From an uncultured Steroidobacter sp. (GTDB lineage Bacteria; Pseudomonadota; Gammaproteobacteria; Steroidobacterales; Steroidobacteraceae), in the NCBI GenBank assembly GCA_902826315.1, contig CADEEJ010000010.1:1670-35486 (forward strand): a DNA stretch of 33,817 bases, written 5' to 3'. The position numbers and the translations under genes are program-made. The notes under the pieces were generated by a model. That model worked only from the letters and a program-made list of their open reading frames with translations, ran no database searches and was not told the DNA's origin. Shown one piece after another: positions 8,911 to 17,978 of the stretch. Position 1 is the first letter of the stretch, and each line of letters begins with the position of its first letter.

Positions 8911-10128
8911 GTGTCCGCTATCCGACGCTTTACCCCACGCACGTTCTGGACCGTCAGTCTCGCCGCTGCCGTCGTGCTGGGGGCAATCGTCGCGATTCCC
9001 CAATGGCTGTCGAAACAAGCGCGGGTCGAAGTGCTGCGCTCGCACGTCGGTGCGGTCGCACGGCTCGCGGCCAGCGTCGTCGACGGCGATTTGCATCGTC
9101 AACTGCTCGATCCCGCGAACAAGACACCGGAGCTGTACGCGCGCACCCTGGAACCGCTCGTGCGCTTCCACGCCGCGTACCCGGATATCTTCTACGTCTA
9201 TACGATGGTCGAGCGCGACGGCCAGAGCTACTTCGTCGTCGACACGGCGGCGGAGTCCGCGCGGCTGAAGTCGGCGCACAAGCTCGTGCCGTCCGAGTAC
9301 ATGGAGCCGTTCAAGCAGCTCGACGTGGAACCGGATCCCGACTGGCTGCAGCAGATCGCCTCGGGCAAGACTTATGTCTACCCCTCGTTCCAGCGCGACA
9401 AGTACGGCACGTTTCTATCGGGACATGCGCCGATCTACGACAGCCAGGGCCGCTACAGCGGCTTCGTCGGCGTCGACTTCGACTTGCAGTACTACCTGGC
9501 GCAGGAGGCGAGCTTCCGTGCAATCTCGATCGGCACGCTCTCCGGCGCATTCTTGCTCGCGCTGCTGATCGGCTTCGTTGCCGCGCGCTATCACTTCGAC
9601 CTGAACGATCGCATCGAACAGCAATATCGCGCTTCGATCCGCGACGAGCTGACGAGCCTGCTGAACCGCCGCGGCGCGCTCACCGCAGTCACCGAAGCGC
9701 TCGCGGTGCGAGCCTCGACGTACGCGACGATCCTGGTCGACGTCGACGATCTCAAAGGCATCAACGACAACTACGGCCACGTCACCGGCGATGAATTGCT
9801 GGTGAGCGTCGCGGAGGCGATTCGCGAGAGCGTGCGCGCCAGCGACATCTGCGCGCGCTTCGGCGGCGACGAGTTCCTGGTCTTCGCAGCCGGCTGCGAT
9901 CTCGATGCAGCGACGGAAATCGCGCGGCGTATTCTCAAAAAGGTGGATGTGAAACGGCAGACGCTGGAGCGCGCGGGCTTCGGCGTGTCGATCGGCATCG
10001 ACATCGCGCCGCTGAGCGACGCTGCGTTCGCAGCGATGTACCGGCGCGCGGACCAGGCGCTGTACAAGGCGAAAGGCGCGGGCCGGAATCGTTACGTGAT
10101 ATCGGAAGTGGGTCAGCTGTTAGCCTGA
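8911..10128 (+). CDS. Diguanylate cyclase with periplasmic Cache-like sensor
   Basis: TM, periplasmic domain (FYVYTM..., [27 protein letters not shown]), TM, then [15 protein letters not shown]-site and ARFGGDEF. Start uncertain (8887, 8905 or 8911). Confidence 0.92.
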   Translation: MSAIRRFTPRTFWTVSLAAAVVLGAIVAIPQWLSKQARVEVLRSHVGAVARLAASVVDGDLHRQLLDPANKTPELYARTLEPLVRFHAAYPDIFYVYTMVERDGQSYFVVDTAAESARLKSAHKLVPSEYMEPFKQLDVEPDPDWLQQIASGKTYVYPSFQRDKYGTFLSGHAPIYDSQGRYSGFVGVDFDLQYYLAQEASFRAISIGTLSGAFLLALLIGFVAARYHFDLNDRIEQQYRASIRDELTSLLNRRGALTAVTEALAVRASTYATILVDVDDLKGINDNYGHVTGDELLVSVAEAIRESVRASDICARFGGDEFLVFAAGCDLDAATEIARRILKKVDVKRQTLERAGFGVSIGIDIAPLSDAAFAAMYRRADQALYKAKGAGRNRYVISEVGQLLA

Positions 10129-11007
10129 CATGCTCCAGCGCTCCCGGCACAACGCCAGAAACCGCGCCCCCGCCTGCGACAACGGCTGGTGCCTGCGGTA
10201 ATAGACGCCAACCTGGCGCTCGATGCTGGAAAACGGCAATCCCTCGATTGGCACCAGCTCGTCCGGCAGATCCGTCACCAAGTCGGACACGTACGTGACG
10301 CCCTTGCCCTCGACGACCAGCGCGAGCCGCAGCTCCATGTGGCTCACTTCCCAAACCGTCGCGAACGCGTTGCGCAGCCGGTCGCCGCTTGGCCGGCGCG
10401 CCGGCTCATCGAGATACGACGTGATCAGTGGCAGCGTGCGTAGCGTCGCCTGCGGGTCGCGCGACAACGCCGTCCGCGCCGGGTGATTGCGGGCGATCAT
10501 CAGCCGGCGCGTTTCGGAGAAGCACGAGTGGAAGGCGAAGTATTCCGGCATCGTGTGCAATAGCGGGCCGAAGCCCAGCTCCCAGCGCCCGTCGCCGACG
10601 CCGTAGACGATTTCGCGGCTCGGCGCGACCACGACCTTGAAGCGCGTCAGCGGATTGCGCTCGGAAAATTCCCGCAGCAGCGCTATACCGAACCGTGCAT
10701 TCGCCGCCGGCGACAGCGCGAGCGACAGCGTCGACAGCGCGCCCGACTTGATCTGGCCGATGTCGGCAAGCGTCTCACGCTCCTCGTTCATGACGGTTTC
10801 GGCGAAACGCAGCAAGCGGATGCCGGCTTCTGTCAATTGCGGTGGATTGCCTCGCCGCAACAGCACGACACCGAGCCGGTGCTCCAGGTTGGCGATCGCC
10901 TGGCTGACCGCGGATTGCGACAGATCCAGCCGCTCGGCCGCGCGGCTGAAGCCGCCCGCCTCGACCACGGCATGAAAGCAGCGGATCTCGTTGCGCTCGA
11001 TCTGCAT
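10120..11007 (-). CDS. LysR-family transcriptional regulator (295 aa)
   Basis: N-terminal HTH FHAVVEAGGFSRAAERLDLSQSAVSQAIANLEHRLGVVLLRR...LTEAG. Size fits an LTTR. Divergent from the citrate synthase gene. Confidence 0.93.
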   Translation of the reverse strand: MQIERNEIRCFHAVVEAGGFSRAAERLDLSQSAVSQAIANLEHRLGVVLLRRGNPPQLTEAGIRLLRFAETVMNEERETLADIGQIKSGALSTLSLALSPAANARFGIALLREFSERNPLTRFKVVVAPSREIVYGVGDGRWELGFGPLLHTMPEYFAFHSCFSETRRLMIARNHPARTALSRDPQATLRTLPLITSYLDEPARRPSGDRLRNAFATVWEVSHMELRLALVVEGKGVTYVSDLVTDLPDELVPIEGLPFSSIERQVGVYYRRHQPLSQAGARFLALCRERWSMSG

Positions 11008-11016
11008 GGGCGAATT

Positions 11017-11039
11017 GTCAGGCTGAAGCCTGACCCACA
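11017..11039 (-). repeat. REP-like hairpin
   Basis: Minus strand reads TGTGG-GTCAGGC-TTCA-GCCTGAC, the same architecture as the 6798-6819 element. Confidence 0.7.
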
Positions 11040-11044
11040 GTAAA

Positions 11045-11080
11045 TTCATGCGGGCTGATCGCCGAATCGCGGCGGCTAAT
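11045..11080. promoter_or_regulatory. Paired LysR T-N11-A boxes
   Basis: T11046-N11-A11058 (TTCATGCGGGCTGAT) and T11067-N11-A11079 (ATCGCGGCGGCTAAT), 21 bp apart in the divergent intergenic region. Confidence 0.5.
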
Positions 11081-11142
11081 AGGATCGGGCCGGGCCGCGT
11101 CGTACCGTGTACGAGCAAATTCGATAGCCGGAGCAACAGATC

Positions 11143-12276
11143 ATGGGCGTCATGGGCGATTCGATTCAGGTGCAGAAGGGACTCGAAGGGGTCGTGGCCG
11201 ACACGACCGCGGTGTCGCTGGTCGACGGCGAGAACGGGCGGCTCTATTACCGCGGGCGTCCGATCGAAGCACTGATCAAGCACACGTTCGCCGAGGTTCT
11301 GCACCTGGTCGTGTTCGGCGAGTTGCCCGACCGCGAACGTCTCCAGGAAGTCGAGGAATACCTGTGGAACGCGGGCCGCCTGCCGCCGGAGCTGGCGACG
11401 AGCCTGCGCGAGCTGGCGCGCCACGGCGAGCATCCGATGGCGACGCTGCAAGCGATCGCACCGCTCCTCGCACTCGAGCCGCCCGCCGTCAGCCTCGGGC
11501 GCTCGCCGCTCGAAGAGGAAGGTTTGATCGTCGCCGCTCGCCTGCCGGCCGCGATTGCTCTGATCCATGCCGCGCTCGAGGATCACTCCGAGCGTCCGTA
11601 CCCGAGCTCGCGTCGCTATGGCGAGCGCTTCCTGCAACTGATGCATGGTGTCACCCCGACGCCGGAGCAGGTGACGGCATTCGAGGTCACGCAGATCCTG
11701 CAGCTCGATCACAGCTTCAACGCCGGTACTTTTGCCGCGCGCGTCGTGTCTTCGACGCTGGCGCCGCCGTCTTCGGCGCTATCGGCGGCGATCGGTGCGC
11801 TGTACGGTCCGTTGCACGGCGGGGCCGATCAGCATGCGTTGGAAATGGCCCTCGAAGTCGGCAGCCCGCAGCAGGCAGAGAGCTTCGTCGCGAACTGCCT
11901 CGCAACCGGCCGGCTCGTGATGGGCATGGGTCATCGCGAGTATCGCGTGGTCGATCCGCGCGCCCGCGTCATTCGCGCGACGGCGCAGCAGATCGCGAAG
12001 TCCGGGCAGCCGAAGCAGCTGTTCGAGGTCCTGGTCGCAATCGACGAGGCGTTCGTCGAGCAGACCCGCACCCGCAAGCGAGCGCTGCGCGCGAACCTGG
12101 AGTTCTACAAAGGCGTCGTCTATCTCGCGCTCGACATCCCGAAGGAGTTGTTCACGGCCTGCTTCGCGGCCGCGCGCATCTTCGGCTGGGTCGCGCACGT
12201 CGTCGAGCAGCGGCAGGACAACCGCCTCATCCGTCCGACTGCACTTTACGTTGGGCCGCCGCCGCAGCCGGCTTAA
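11143..12276 (+). CDS. Citrate synthase / 2-methylcitrate synthase family protein
   Basis: [81 protein letters not shown]. Confidence 0.92.
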   Translation: MGVMGDSIQVQKGLEGVVADTTAVSLVDGENGRLYYRGRPIEALIKHTFAEVLHLVVFGELPDRERLQEVEEYLWNAGRLPPELATSLRELARHGEHPMATLQAIAPLLALEPPAVSLGRSPLEEEGLIVAARLPAAIALIHAALEDHSERPYPSSRRYGERFLQLMHGVTPTPEQVTAFEVTQILQLDHSFNAGTFAARVVSSTLAPPSSALSAAIGALYGPLHGGADQHALEMALEVGSPQQAESFVANCLATGRLVMGMGHREYRVVDPRARVIRATAQQIAKSGQPKQLFEVLVAIDEAFVEQTRTRKRALRANLEFYKGVVYLALDIPKELFTACFAAARIFGWVAHVVEQRQDNRLIRPTALYVGPPPQPA

Positions 12277-12287
12277 ACTCCGGCTCC

Positions 12288-12626
12288 ATGGACACCATTC
12301 AGTGGGCGGATTTCGAGCGCGTCGAGCTGCGCATCGGCACGATCGTCGAAGTGCTCGACTTCCCGGAGGCGCGCAAGCCGGCCTGGAAGCTGCGGGTCGA
12401 TTTCGGCCCGGAGATCGGCGTTCGCCAGTCGAGCGCGCAGATCACGGCGCTGTACGGCAAGCAGGATCTGGTCGGTCGCCAGGTCGTCGGCGTCGTCAAC
12501 TTTCCGCCGAAGCGCATCGGGCCCTTCACGTCAGAAGTGCTGGTCACTGGCTTTCATGACGAGCAAGGTCGGGTGGTGCTGGCGATGCCGGAGCGGCCTG
12601 TACCGAACGGCACGAAGCTGCTGTAA
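12288..12626 (+). CDS. csaA: tRNA-binding OB-fold / export chaperone CsaA (112 aa)
   Basis: [59 protein letters not shown]. Confidence 0.92.
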   Translation: MDTIQWADFERVELRIGTIVEVLDFPEARKPAWKLRVDFGPEIGVRQSSAQITALYGKQDLVGRQVVGVVNFPPKRIGPFTSEVLVTGFHDEQGRVVLAMPERPVPNGTKLL

Positions 12627-12644
12627 GCCCTCTATACTCGGAGC

Positions 12645-13436
12645 ATGCAGTTTTCCGAGGTCCTGAGCTCCGTCGCTGCCGACGGCGACTCGCAGTTCCG
12701 CATCACCGTGTCCGACGATTGGGGCCAGGGCCGCGCCACGTTCGGCGGACTCATCGCGGCCGCGGGCAACGAAGCGATGCGCCGCGTCGTGCCGCACGAT
12801 CGCCCGTTGCGCTCGCTGCAAACGACGTTCGTCGGTCCCGCCGCCGCAGGCACGTGGACGATGCACACGCGCGTGCTGCGCGTCGGGCGGGCAGTGACGC
12901 TCGCGCACTGCGACATCATGGATGGAGATCAGGTGGCCGCCATCCAGGTCGGGGTCTACGGGCTGGCGCGCTCCTCGCAAGTCACTGTGAGACCGCAGGT
13001 GACCGAAGCTCCGCGCAAGATCGAAGAGATCAATGAGGTCCGCTTCCAGCCCGAGCGGGCGCCGCCGTTCCTGCAACACTTCGCGCATCGCTGGTCGCGC
13101 GGCGCGAAGCCATTCAGCGGCACGCGCTCCAATTCGATCTGCTTCATTCGTCACCGCGATCCATCGCCGCTGACCGAGTCGCACATCGTCGCGCTCGTCG
13201 ACTGCATTCCGACACCGGCGCTGTCGATGCTGACCGCGCCCGCACCGGCCAGCTCGCTGGTATGGAACCTGGAGTTCTTCGAGCACGAATTTGCATTCGG
13301 CTCGGATCACTGGTGGCGCATCGATACGGACATCGACGCCGCGACCGAAGGCTACGTCAATCAGACCGGCTTGCTGCAGGATCCGGACGGACGGCCCGTC
13401 GCGCTGTCCCGTCAGGTGTTCGCGATCTTCGGTTGA
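12645..13436 (+). CDS. Thioesterase family protein (TesB-like double hotdog)
   Basis: DWGQGRATFGG, LRSLQTTFVGP, LRVGRAVT, ALVDCIP, PASSLVW, GYVNQ...GRPVALSRQ. Confidence 0.88.
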   Translation: MQFSEVLSSVAADGDSQFRITVSDDWGQGRATFGGLIAAAGNEAMRRVVPHDRPLRSLQTTFVGPAAAGTWTMHTRVLRVGRAVTLAHCDIMDGDQVAAIQVGVYGLARSSQVTVRPQVTEAPRKIEEINEVRFQPERAPPFLQHFAHRWSRGAKPFSGTRSNSICFIRHRDPSPLTESHIVALVDCIPTPALSMLTAPAPASSLVWNLEFFEHEFAFGSDHWWRIDTDIDAATEGYVNQTGLLQDPDGRPVALSRQVFAIFG

Positions 13437-13463
13437 CTCTCCCGTAACGGGAGACGCGACCCT
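13433..13463 (+). promoter_or_regulatory. MerR-type promoter/operator
   Basis: -35 TTGACT (13433-38), 19-bp spacer, -10 GACCCT (13458-63). Perfect dyad TCTCCCGT-A-ACGGGAGA at 13438-13454. Confidence 0.8.
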
Positions 13464-13492
13464 GCAGGCCCGCCACGCATGAGGGTCGATGC

Positions 13493-13894
13493 ATGACGAA
13501 CGTCCGCGAAGGAGGTTGCCAGTGCGGCGCCATCCGCTACCGTGCTGAGGGTGAGCCGCTCATGGCGGCGCTCTGCCATTGTTCGATGTGCCGTCGTGCC
13601 AGCGCTGCGCCGGCCGTCGCTTGGGCGATGTATCCGCAGGCGCAGGTGACGTTCCTGCAGGGAGAGCCGACCTCATACGCATCCTCGGCCGAAGCGCTGC
13701 GAGGATTTTGCGGCCGCTGCGGCACGCAGCTCTGCTTCACCGCGAGCTTCCTGCCCGACCTCATCGACATCACGATCGGCAGTCTCGATGCGCCCGAAGC
13801 GCTGCCGCCGACACTGCACTACTGGGAATCGAAGCGCCTGCCCTGGCTGCACATCGCCGACGAGCTGCCGCGCTACGCAGAGTTTCCGCCGTGA
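13493..13894 (+). CDS. GFA family (glutathione-dependent formaldehyde-activating / CENP-V, DUF636) Zn-binding protein
   Basis: GGCQCGAIRY, CHCSMCRR, RGFCGRCGT, HYWESKRLPW. Confidence 0.92.
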   Translation: MTNVREGGCQCGAIRYRAEGEPLMAALCHCSMCRRASAAPAVAWAMYPQAQVTFLQGEPTSYASSAEALRGFCGRCGTQLCFTASFLPDLIDITIGSLDAPEALPPTLHYWESKRLPWLHIADELPRYAEFPP

Positions 13895-14679
13895 TGCCGA
13901 TCGGGCGCTTCGCCCGCGCGTGCCGCCTGTCGGTCAAAGCGCTGCGCCACTATGACGACGAACAGTTGCTGCACCCGGCTCATGTCGACGAGCGCACGGG
14001 CTATCGCTACTACACGCGCGAGCAAGTTCACGCAGCCGTGACCATCGGCATGCTGCGCGGATTGGGTTTCGGCATTCCGATCATCCGCCGGTTCCTCAGC
14101 GGCGGTACGGCCGAGCGCACGGCGATTCTTCGCGCCGAAGCAGAGCGCATCGAGCGGGAAATGGCGCAGCGCCGGTTCGCACTCGATGCGATCGCACGCT
14201 TCGATTCGACAGGCACGCTGGCGCCGTACGACGTGACGATTCGCCGCATGGACTCGCTGCAAGTCGCGGAACGTTGCGTCGTCACGAGCGCGGAGGCGCT
14301 GATCGTCGACACGACCGCTTTGATCTACTCGCTCTTCGACGAATTGCGCGCAGCCGGGCGCGACGTGTTGTCACCGGTGTTCTGCATGAACGACGACACC
14401 AGCTCGGACGAGCACATCGTCGTGCACGCTTGTGTGCGTGTCGATGCGCCGGCGCCCGGTCTGCCGCTGGCGCGGATCGTCGATGTGTCGGGCGGCGAAT
14501 TCGCGGTCGTCACCCACGTAGGCCCGTACGAGCAGCTCGGGCTCGCGTATCACGCGCTCTATGCCTGGGCGCAGGAGCATGGCCACGAGCTGCGCGGACT
14601 GATTCGCGAGATCTACGTGAACGATCCTGCCAACGTGCCGCCGGCAGCGCTGCAAACGGATTTGCTATTGCCGCTTTGA
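13894..14679 (+). CDS. MerR-family regulator with C-terminal GyrI-like ligand-binding domain (BmrR-like)
   Basis: MPIGRFARACRLSVKALRHYD...PAHVDERTGYRYY and C-terminal HVGPYEQLGLAY...REIYVNDP. Coupled to the GFA gene by TGATG. Confidence 0.92.
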   Translation: MPIGRFARACRLSVKALRHYDDEQLLHPAHVDERTGYRYYTREQVHAAVTIGMLRGLGFGIPIIRRFLSGGTAERTAILRAEAERIEREMAQRRFALDAIARFDSTGTLAPYDVTIRRMDSLQVAERCVVTSAEALIVDTTALIYSLFDELRAAGRDVLSPVFCMNDDTSSDEHIVVHACVRVDAPAPGLPLARIVDVSGGEFAVVTHVGPYEQLGLAYHALYAWAQEHGHELRGLIREIYVNDPANVPPAALQTDLLLPL

Positions 14680-15960
14680 CAGCGCGCGCACCCCAACAAG
14701 AATCACAGCACCCACCACTGCAGCGATCGCGAGCTGCACGAGCTCGCGGCTCGACGCGTTGGCGAGCAAAGCGAACGCCAGGACGCTCGACAGCACGGCG
14801 ATTGCCGGTCCGAGCGGCGCGACGAAGCCGGCGGGCTGCACATCGGCACGTCGACGCAGCGCGATCAGGGCAAGACATCCTGCGATGTACACGACCATGC
14901 GCGTGCTCGTCGCCAACGTGATTGCGGACAGAAACGAGCTGGCAACCGTCGCGAGCCAGACGAGCACTGCGCTCAGCAGAATCGCGACGTGCGGCGTTCT
15001 GAACTTTGCGTGCACGCGCGCCAGTACGCCGGGCATGTCGCCCTGCTCGGCGAACGCGAACGGCAAGCGTGAAGTAGCAAGAAAGCCGCTGTTGAGCGAG
15101 CCGAGCATGATCACGACCGCACCGAGCGTGATCACTTGTTCTCCCACCGGTCCCCAGAGCACGACGGCCGCATCGGCAAACGGCGCCGTGCTCTGAGCCA
15201 GCGACGGAACGGCGGCGATACAGACGATCTGCACGCCGGCGTAGAGCAGCAGCACGATCAGCAGCGACATCGCCACGGAGAACGGCACGTCGCGTCTTGG
15301 ATTGCGCGTCTCACCCGCGGCGACGAGTGCCGCTTCGAATCCGACGAACGCGAAGATGCCGAGCAGCATCGCGTCGCTGAAATCTCCAGTCGTCGGCACG
15401 GCCGCCGGTGCGGACGGCCAGGCCCGTACCGTGAGAATTCCGACGACGCCGAACACCAGCAACAGCGATACCTTCAGCACTGTCAGTCCGTTGCTGACGA
15501 TCGTCGCCTGACGAATGCCCAGCAGATTGACGAGCCCGATCGCGAGCACGACGAGCGAGATGATCGCCACGCGCGCGCCCGGCCCCTGCAATGCCGGCAC
15601 CATGCGCGCGACGTAAACGACGAGCAAATTGCAGATCGTCGCGAACGTGAGCACGCGCGAGACCCAATAGAGCCAGCCGACGATGAAGCCCGGCGTCGCG
15701 CCGAACGCCGTGCGCGTGAACAGGTACGGCCCGCCGGTGTGCGTGAAGCGACTGCCGACTTCGGCGAAGCAAACTGCAATGATCGCCACGAGCGCCGCGC
15801 AGAGCACTAATGCGAACACGCTATAGACGCCGGTGAGCGCGAAGAGCTTTGCTGGAAGTCCGAGAATGCCCGAGCCGATGGTGATGTTGACCATCAGTGC
15901 CACGAGGTCCCAGCGGCCGATGCCGCGCAGGATGTCGTATTGGTTGCTCGGGCTCGACAT
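14665..15960 (-). CDS. APC-family amino acid permease (431 aa)
   Basis: IGSGILGLP, CFAEVGSRF..TGGPY, FAFVGFE..AGETRNPRRDVP, SRLPFAFA, HAKFRTP; about 12 TM segments. Confidence 0.92.
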   Translation of the reverse strand: MSSPSNQYDILRGIGRWDLVALMVNITIGSGILGLPAKLFALTGVYSVFALVLCAALVAIIAVCFAEVGSRFTHTGGPYLFTRTAFGATPGFIVGWLYWVSRVLTFATICNLLVVYVARMVPALQGPGARVAIISLVVLAIGLVNLLGIRQATIVSNGLTVLKVSLLLVFGVVGILTVRAWPSAPAAVPTTGDFSDAMLLGIFAFVGFEAALVAAGETRNPRRDVPFSVAMSLLIVLLLYAGVQIVCIAAVPSLAQSTAPFADAAVVLWGPVGEQVITLGAVVIMLGSLNSGFLATSRLPFAFAEQGDMPGVLARVHAKFRTPHVAILLSAVLVWLATVASSFLSAITLATSTRMVVYIAGCLALIALRRRADVQPAGFVAPLGPAIAVLSSVLAFALLANASSRELVQLAIAAVVGAVILVGVRALSKRQ

Positions 15961-15990
15961 CGCCGGATTGTACAGAGGTATGCTAGCTCC

Positions 15991-16437
15991 ATGCGTTACC
16001 CGCTCCTGGCTGTGCTTGCGCTTGTTGGTCATGGCGCCGTGGCCGCGGACGACGATACCTACCGCCTCATGAAGCTCGAACAGGACGTTCGCAATCTGGA
16101 GCGGGAGGTGCAGACGCTCACGCGACAACTCGACGAGTTGAAGCAGCAATCCGTGCGTGCTGGCGAGCGCAGCACTTCCGCTACGCGCTCGGCAACAGCA
16201 CCGGAAACTGCGAGCTCGACGACGTGGCTCGAAGCGGCGCGCTGGGAACGCGTGCGCCCGGGCATGAGCGAGCTGGAAGTGATCGGGATTCTCGGTCCGC
16301 CGACGTCGATGCGGCAGGAAGGCGCAGCGCGCGTACTCCTCTACGCGATGGAGATCGGCTCTTCTGGATTTCTCGGCGGCAACGTGGAGCTGCGCGATCG
16401 GGCCGTAAGCGCGGTCAACAAGCCGACGCTGCGATAA
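15991..16437 (+). CDS. Exported hypothetical protein: coiled coil plus SmpA/BamE-like domain
   Basis: Signal peptide MRYPLLAVLALVGHGAVA, heptad region LEQDVRNLEREVQTLTRQLDEL, motif VRPGMSELEVIGILGPP. Confidence 0.75.
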   Translation: MRYPLLAVLALVGHGAVAADDDTYRLMKLEQDVRNLEREVQTLTRQLDELKQQSVRAGERSTSATRSATAPETASSTTWLEAARWERVRPGMSELEVIGILGPPTSMRQEGAARVLLYAMEIGSSGFLGGNVELRDRAVSAVNKPTLR

Positions 16438-16438
16438 A

Positions 16439-17086
16439 TCAGATCGAGTGCACGACGCCCTTCACGCCATTGATCACGAACTGGATGCCGATGCAGATCA
16501 GCAGGAAGCCCATGATCCGCGCCATCGCGTTCATCCCCGTCGCACCCAGCACCTTGTCCAATCGCGTCGCCGCGCGTAGCACGACATAAGAAATCAACGC
16601 GGTGATCGCGATGCCGATCGCGACCAGCACATGACCTACCAAGATGTGCTCGCTCATCTGCACCGTCGTCGACATGCCGATGACGACAGCGATCGAGCCC
16701 GGCCCCGAGAGGCTCGGCATCGCCAGAGGCGTGAATGAGATATCGGCCTTCGCACGTGCCTCGGCGCGCTCCTGGCCCGAAATCGCCGCCGACTCCGGGA
16801 ACAGCATGCGGAAGCCGAGATAGCTGACGATCATGCCGCCCGCGATGCGCAGCCCCGGGATGGAGATGCCGAAGAAGTTCATGATCAAGCCGCCCGCGAC
16901 CAGGAAGGCCGTGAGAATGCAGAACATGTAGATGCAGGCGCGGCGGATCTGCTCGGTGCGCTCCTGCTCGGTCAGATCGGAAGTGATGCTCATCACCAGA
17001 CCGACTGCAGACAAGGGATTCACGATCGGCAGCAGCGCGCCGACGGTGCTCAAGACGTAGGTGAGGCCTTCGACGAACCAGTTCAT
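16439..17086 (-). CDS. marC: MarC-family (NAAT) membrane protein
   Basis: LLPIVNP, GGLIMNFFGISIPGLRIAGG, ISFTPLAMPSLSGPGSI, RIMGFLLICIGIQFVING. Confidence 0.9.
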   Translation of the reverse strand: MNWFVEGLTYVLSTVGALLPIVNPLSAVGLVMSITSDLTEQERTEQIRRACIYMFCILTAFLVAGGLIMNFFGISIPGLRIAGGMIVSYLGFRMLFPESAAISGQERAEARAKADISFTPLAMPSLSGPGSIAVVIGMSTTVQMSEHILVGHVLVAIGIAITALISYVVLRAATRLDKVLGATGMNAMARIMGFLLICIGIQFVINGVKGVVHSI

Positions 17087-17088
17087 GG

Positions 17089-17832
17089 CTAGACGGCGCG
17101 TCGCGCTGAAGCGCGACCTACAGCGACCGCGGGGGCGGCGACAGGCTTGCACAACCGCTCGAAGCCGCTCGCGATGAACGGCGCCATGCGATGGTGGATC
17201 GATTCGAAGTCGCTCGACTTGCACAACCCGTTCGACAGCCGGTCGATACGGCCGGTCTGCGACAGCGACAACGTCAGCGCCCCCGACAGGAAGTGATAGC
17301 TCCAGTACAGATCCTCTTCGCTGGCATCGGGCAGCGCCTTGCGCAGCGCGCGGATCAAGCGGTGGATCACGGGATCGAACGTGCGGGCCATCGTCTCGCC
17401 GCCCCACGCCGGCGTGTTGTTGACCTGCGCGATCAGCGCGAAATAGTTGTGCCAGTGCTGGTCGCCCTGCGCGGCGCGCTCGAGGATCGGCTGCAGGAAG
17501 GCGTTGATGACCCCCTCAGCCGTGATCGCGTCGCCGGCGGCGGTCTCGTAAGCATCGATCGAGTCGATGCGCTCGCGATTGATGATCTCGGCGCGGCGCG
17601 CGAACACCGAGTCGAACAGGCCGCGCTTGGTGTCGAAGTAGTAGTGCAGCAGCGCCGTGTCGACTTTCGCGTCCTGCGCGACTTCGCGAATCGTCACGCC
17701 CCAGAAGCCGTGCCGCGAAAAGTGATCCTCGGCCGCGTCGAGAATGCGCTCGCGCATGTCGGGCGTGGCGTTGTTCTTCAGCGGGCGGCCGCGGCGCGCT
17801 TTTTTGACAGCCTTGGGACGTCTCACTGCCAT
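17089..17832 (-). CDS. TetR/AcrR-family transcriptional regulator
   Basis: RERILDAAEDHFSRHGFWGVTIREVAQDAKVDTALLHYYFDTKRGLF HTH. Divergent from the TonB receptor gene. Confidence 0.93.
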   Translation of the reverse strand: MAVRRPKAVKKARRGRPLKNNATPDMRERILDAAEDHFSRHGFWGVTIREVAQDAKVDTALLHYYFDTKRGLFDSVFARRAEIINRERIDSIDAYETAAGDAITAEGVINAFLQPILERAAQGDQHWHNYFALIAQVNNTPAWGGETMARTFDPVIHRLIRALRKALPDASEEDLYWSYHFLSGALTLSLSQTGRIDRLSNGLCKSSDFESIHHRMAPFIASGFERLCKPVAAPAVAVGRASARRAV

Positions 17833-17861
17833 ATCGGGGTCCTTAGCGCGCCGCACTCAAT

Positions 17862-17935
17862 TTCACTGAATGGTGAATATTTGACAGCCGGCGCGGCCCG
17901 AGGCAAGCTCAGATTAATCATCAACTGATGAATAA
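17862..17935 (+). promoter_or_regulatory. Sigma70-like promoter bracketed by two inverted-repeat operators (likely TetR)
   Basis: TTCAC-N6-GTGAA (17862-77); -35 TTGACA (17881-86); 17-bp spacer; -10-like CAAGCT (17904-09); TTAATCATCA-AC-TGATGAATAA (17914-35). Both operators share TCA-N8-TGAAT. Confidence 0.7.
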
Positions 17936-17978
17936 GTGTGCCGGCATGCTGCCCGGCCACGCTCCAGGGGGTTCCGTC

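Noticed and set aside
11008-11712. N-terminal extension making LysR 530 aa
   Set aside because: Antisense to the citrate synthase gene. The HTH begins at ATG 11007, giving a normal LTTR size.
11364-12287. Long extension fused to CsaA (420-aa ORF)
   Set aside because: Off-frame overlap with citrate synthase giving Arg/Ala-rich nonsense. Stop-poor frames are expected at high GC.
4942-13436. Possible secondary-metabolite cluster (ketosynthase, acyl-CoA ligase, citrate synthase-like enzyme, thioesterase), as in alkylcitrate pathways
   Set aside because: The genes are on different strands, interrupted by a DGC, LysR and csaA, have separate predicted promoters, and there is no ACP. Only conserved synteny could revive the idea.
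13438-13454. Hairpin after the thioesterase read as an intrinsic terminator
   Set aside because: One-nt centre, no U-tract, and exact placement in a 19-bp spacer fit a MerR operator better.
13579-13893. Apparent GFA-MerR frameshift fusion or pseudogene
   Set aside because: Both genes are complete and linked by an ordinary TGATG stop-start overlap; no slippery site seen.
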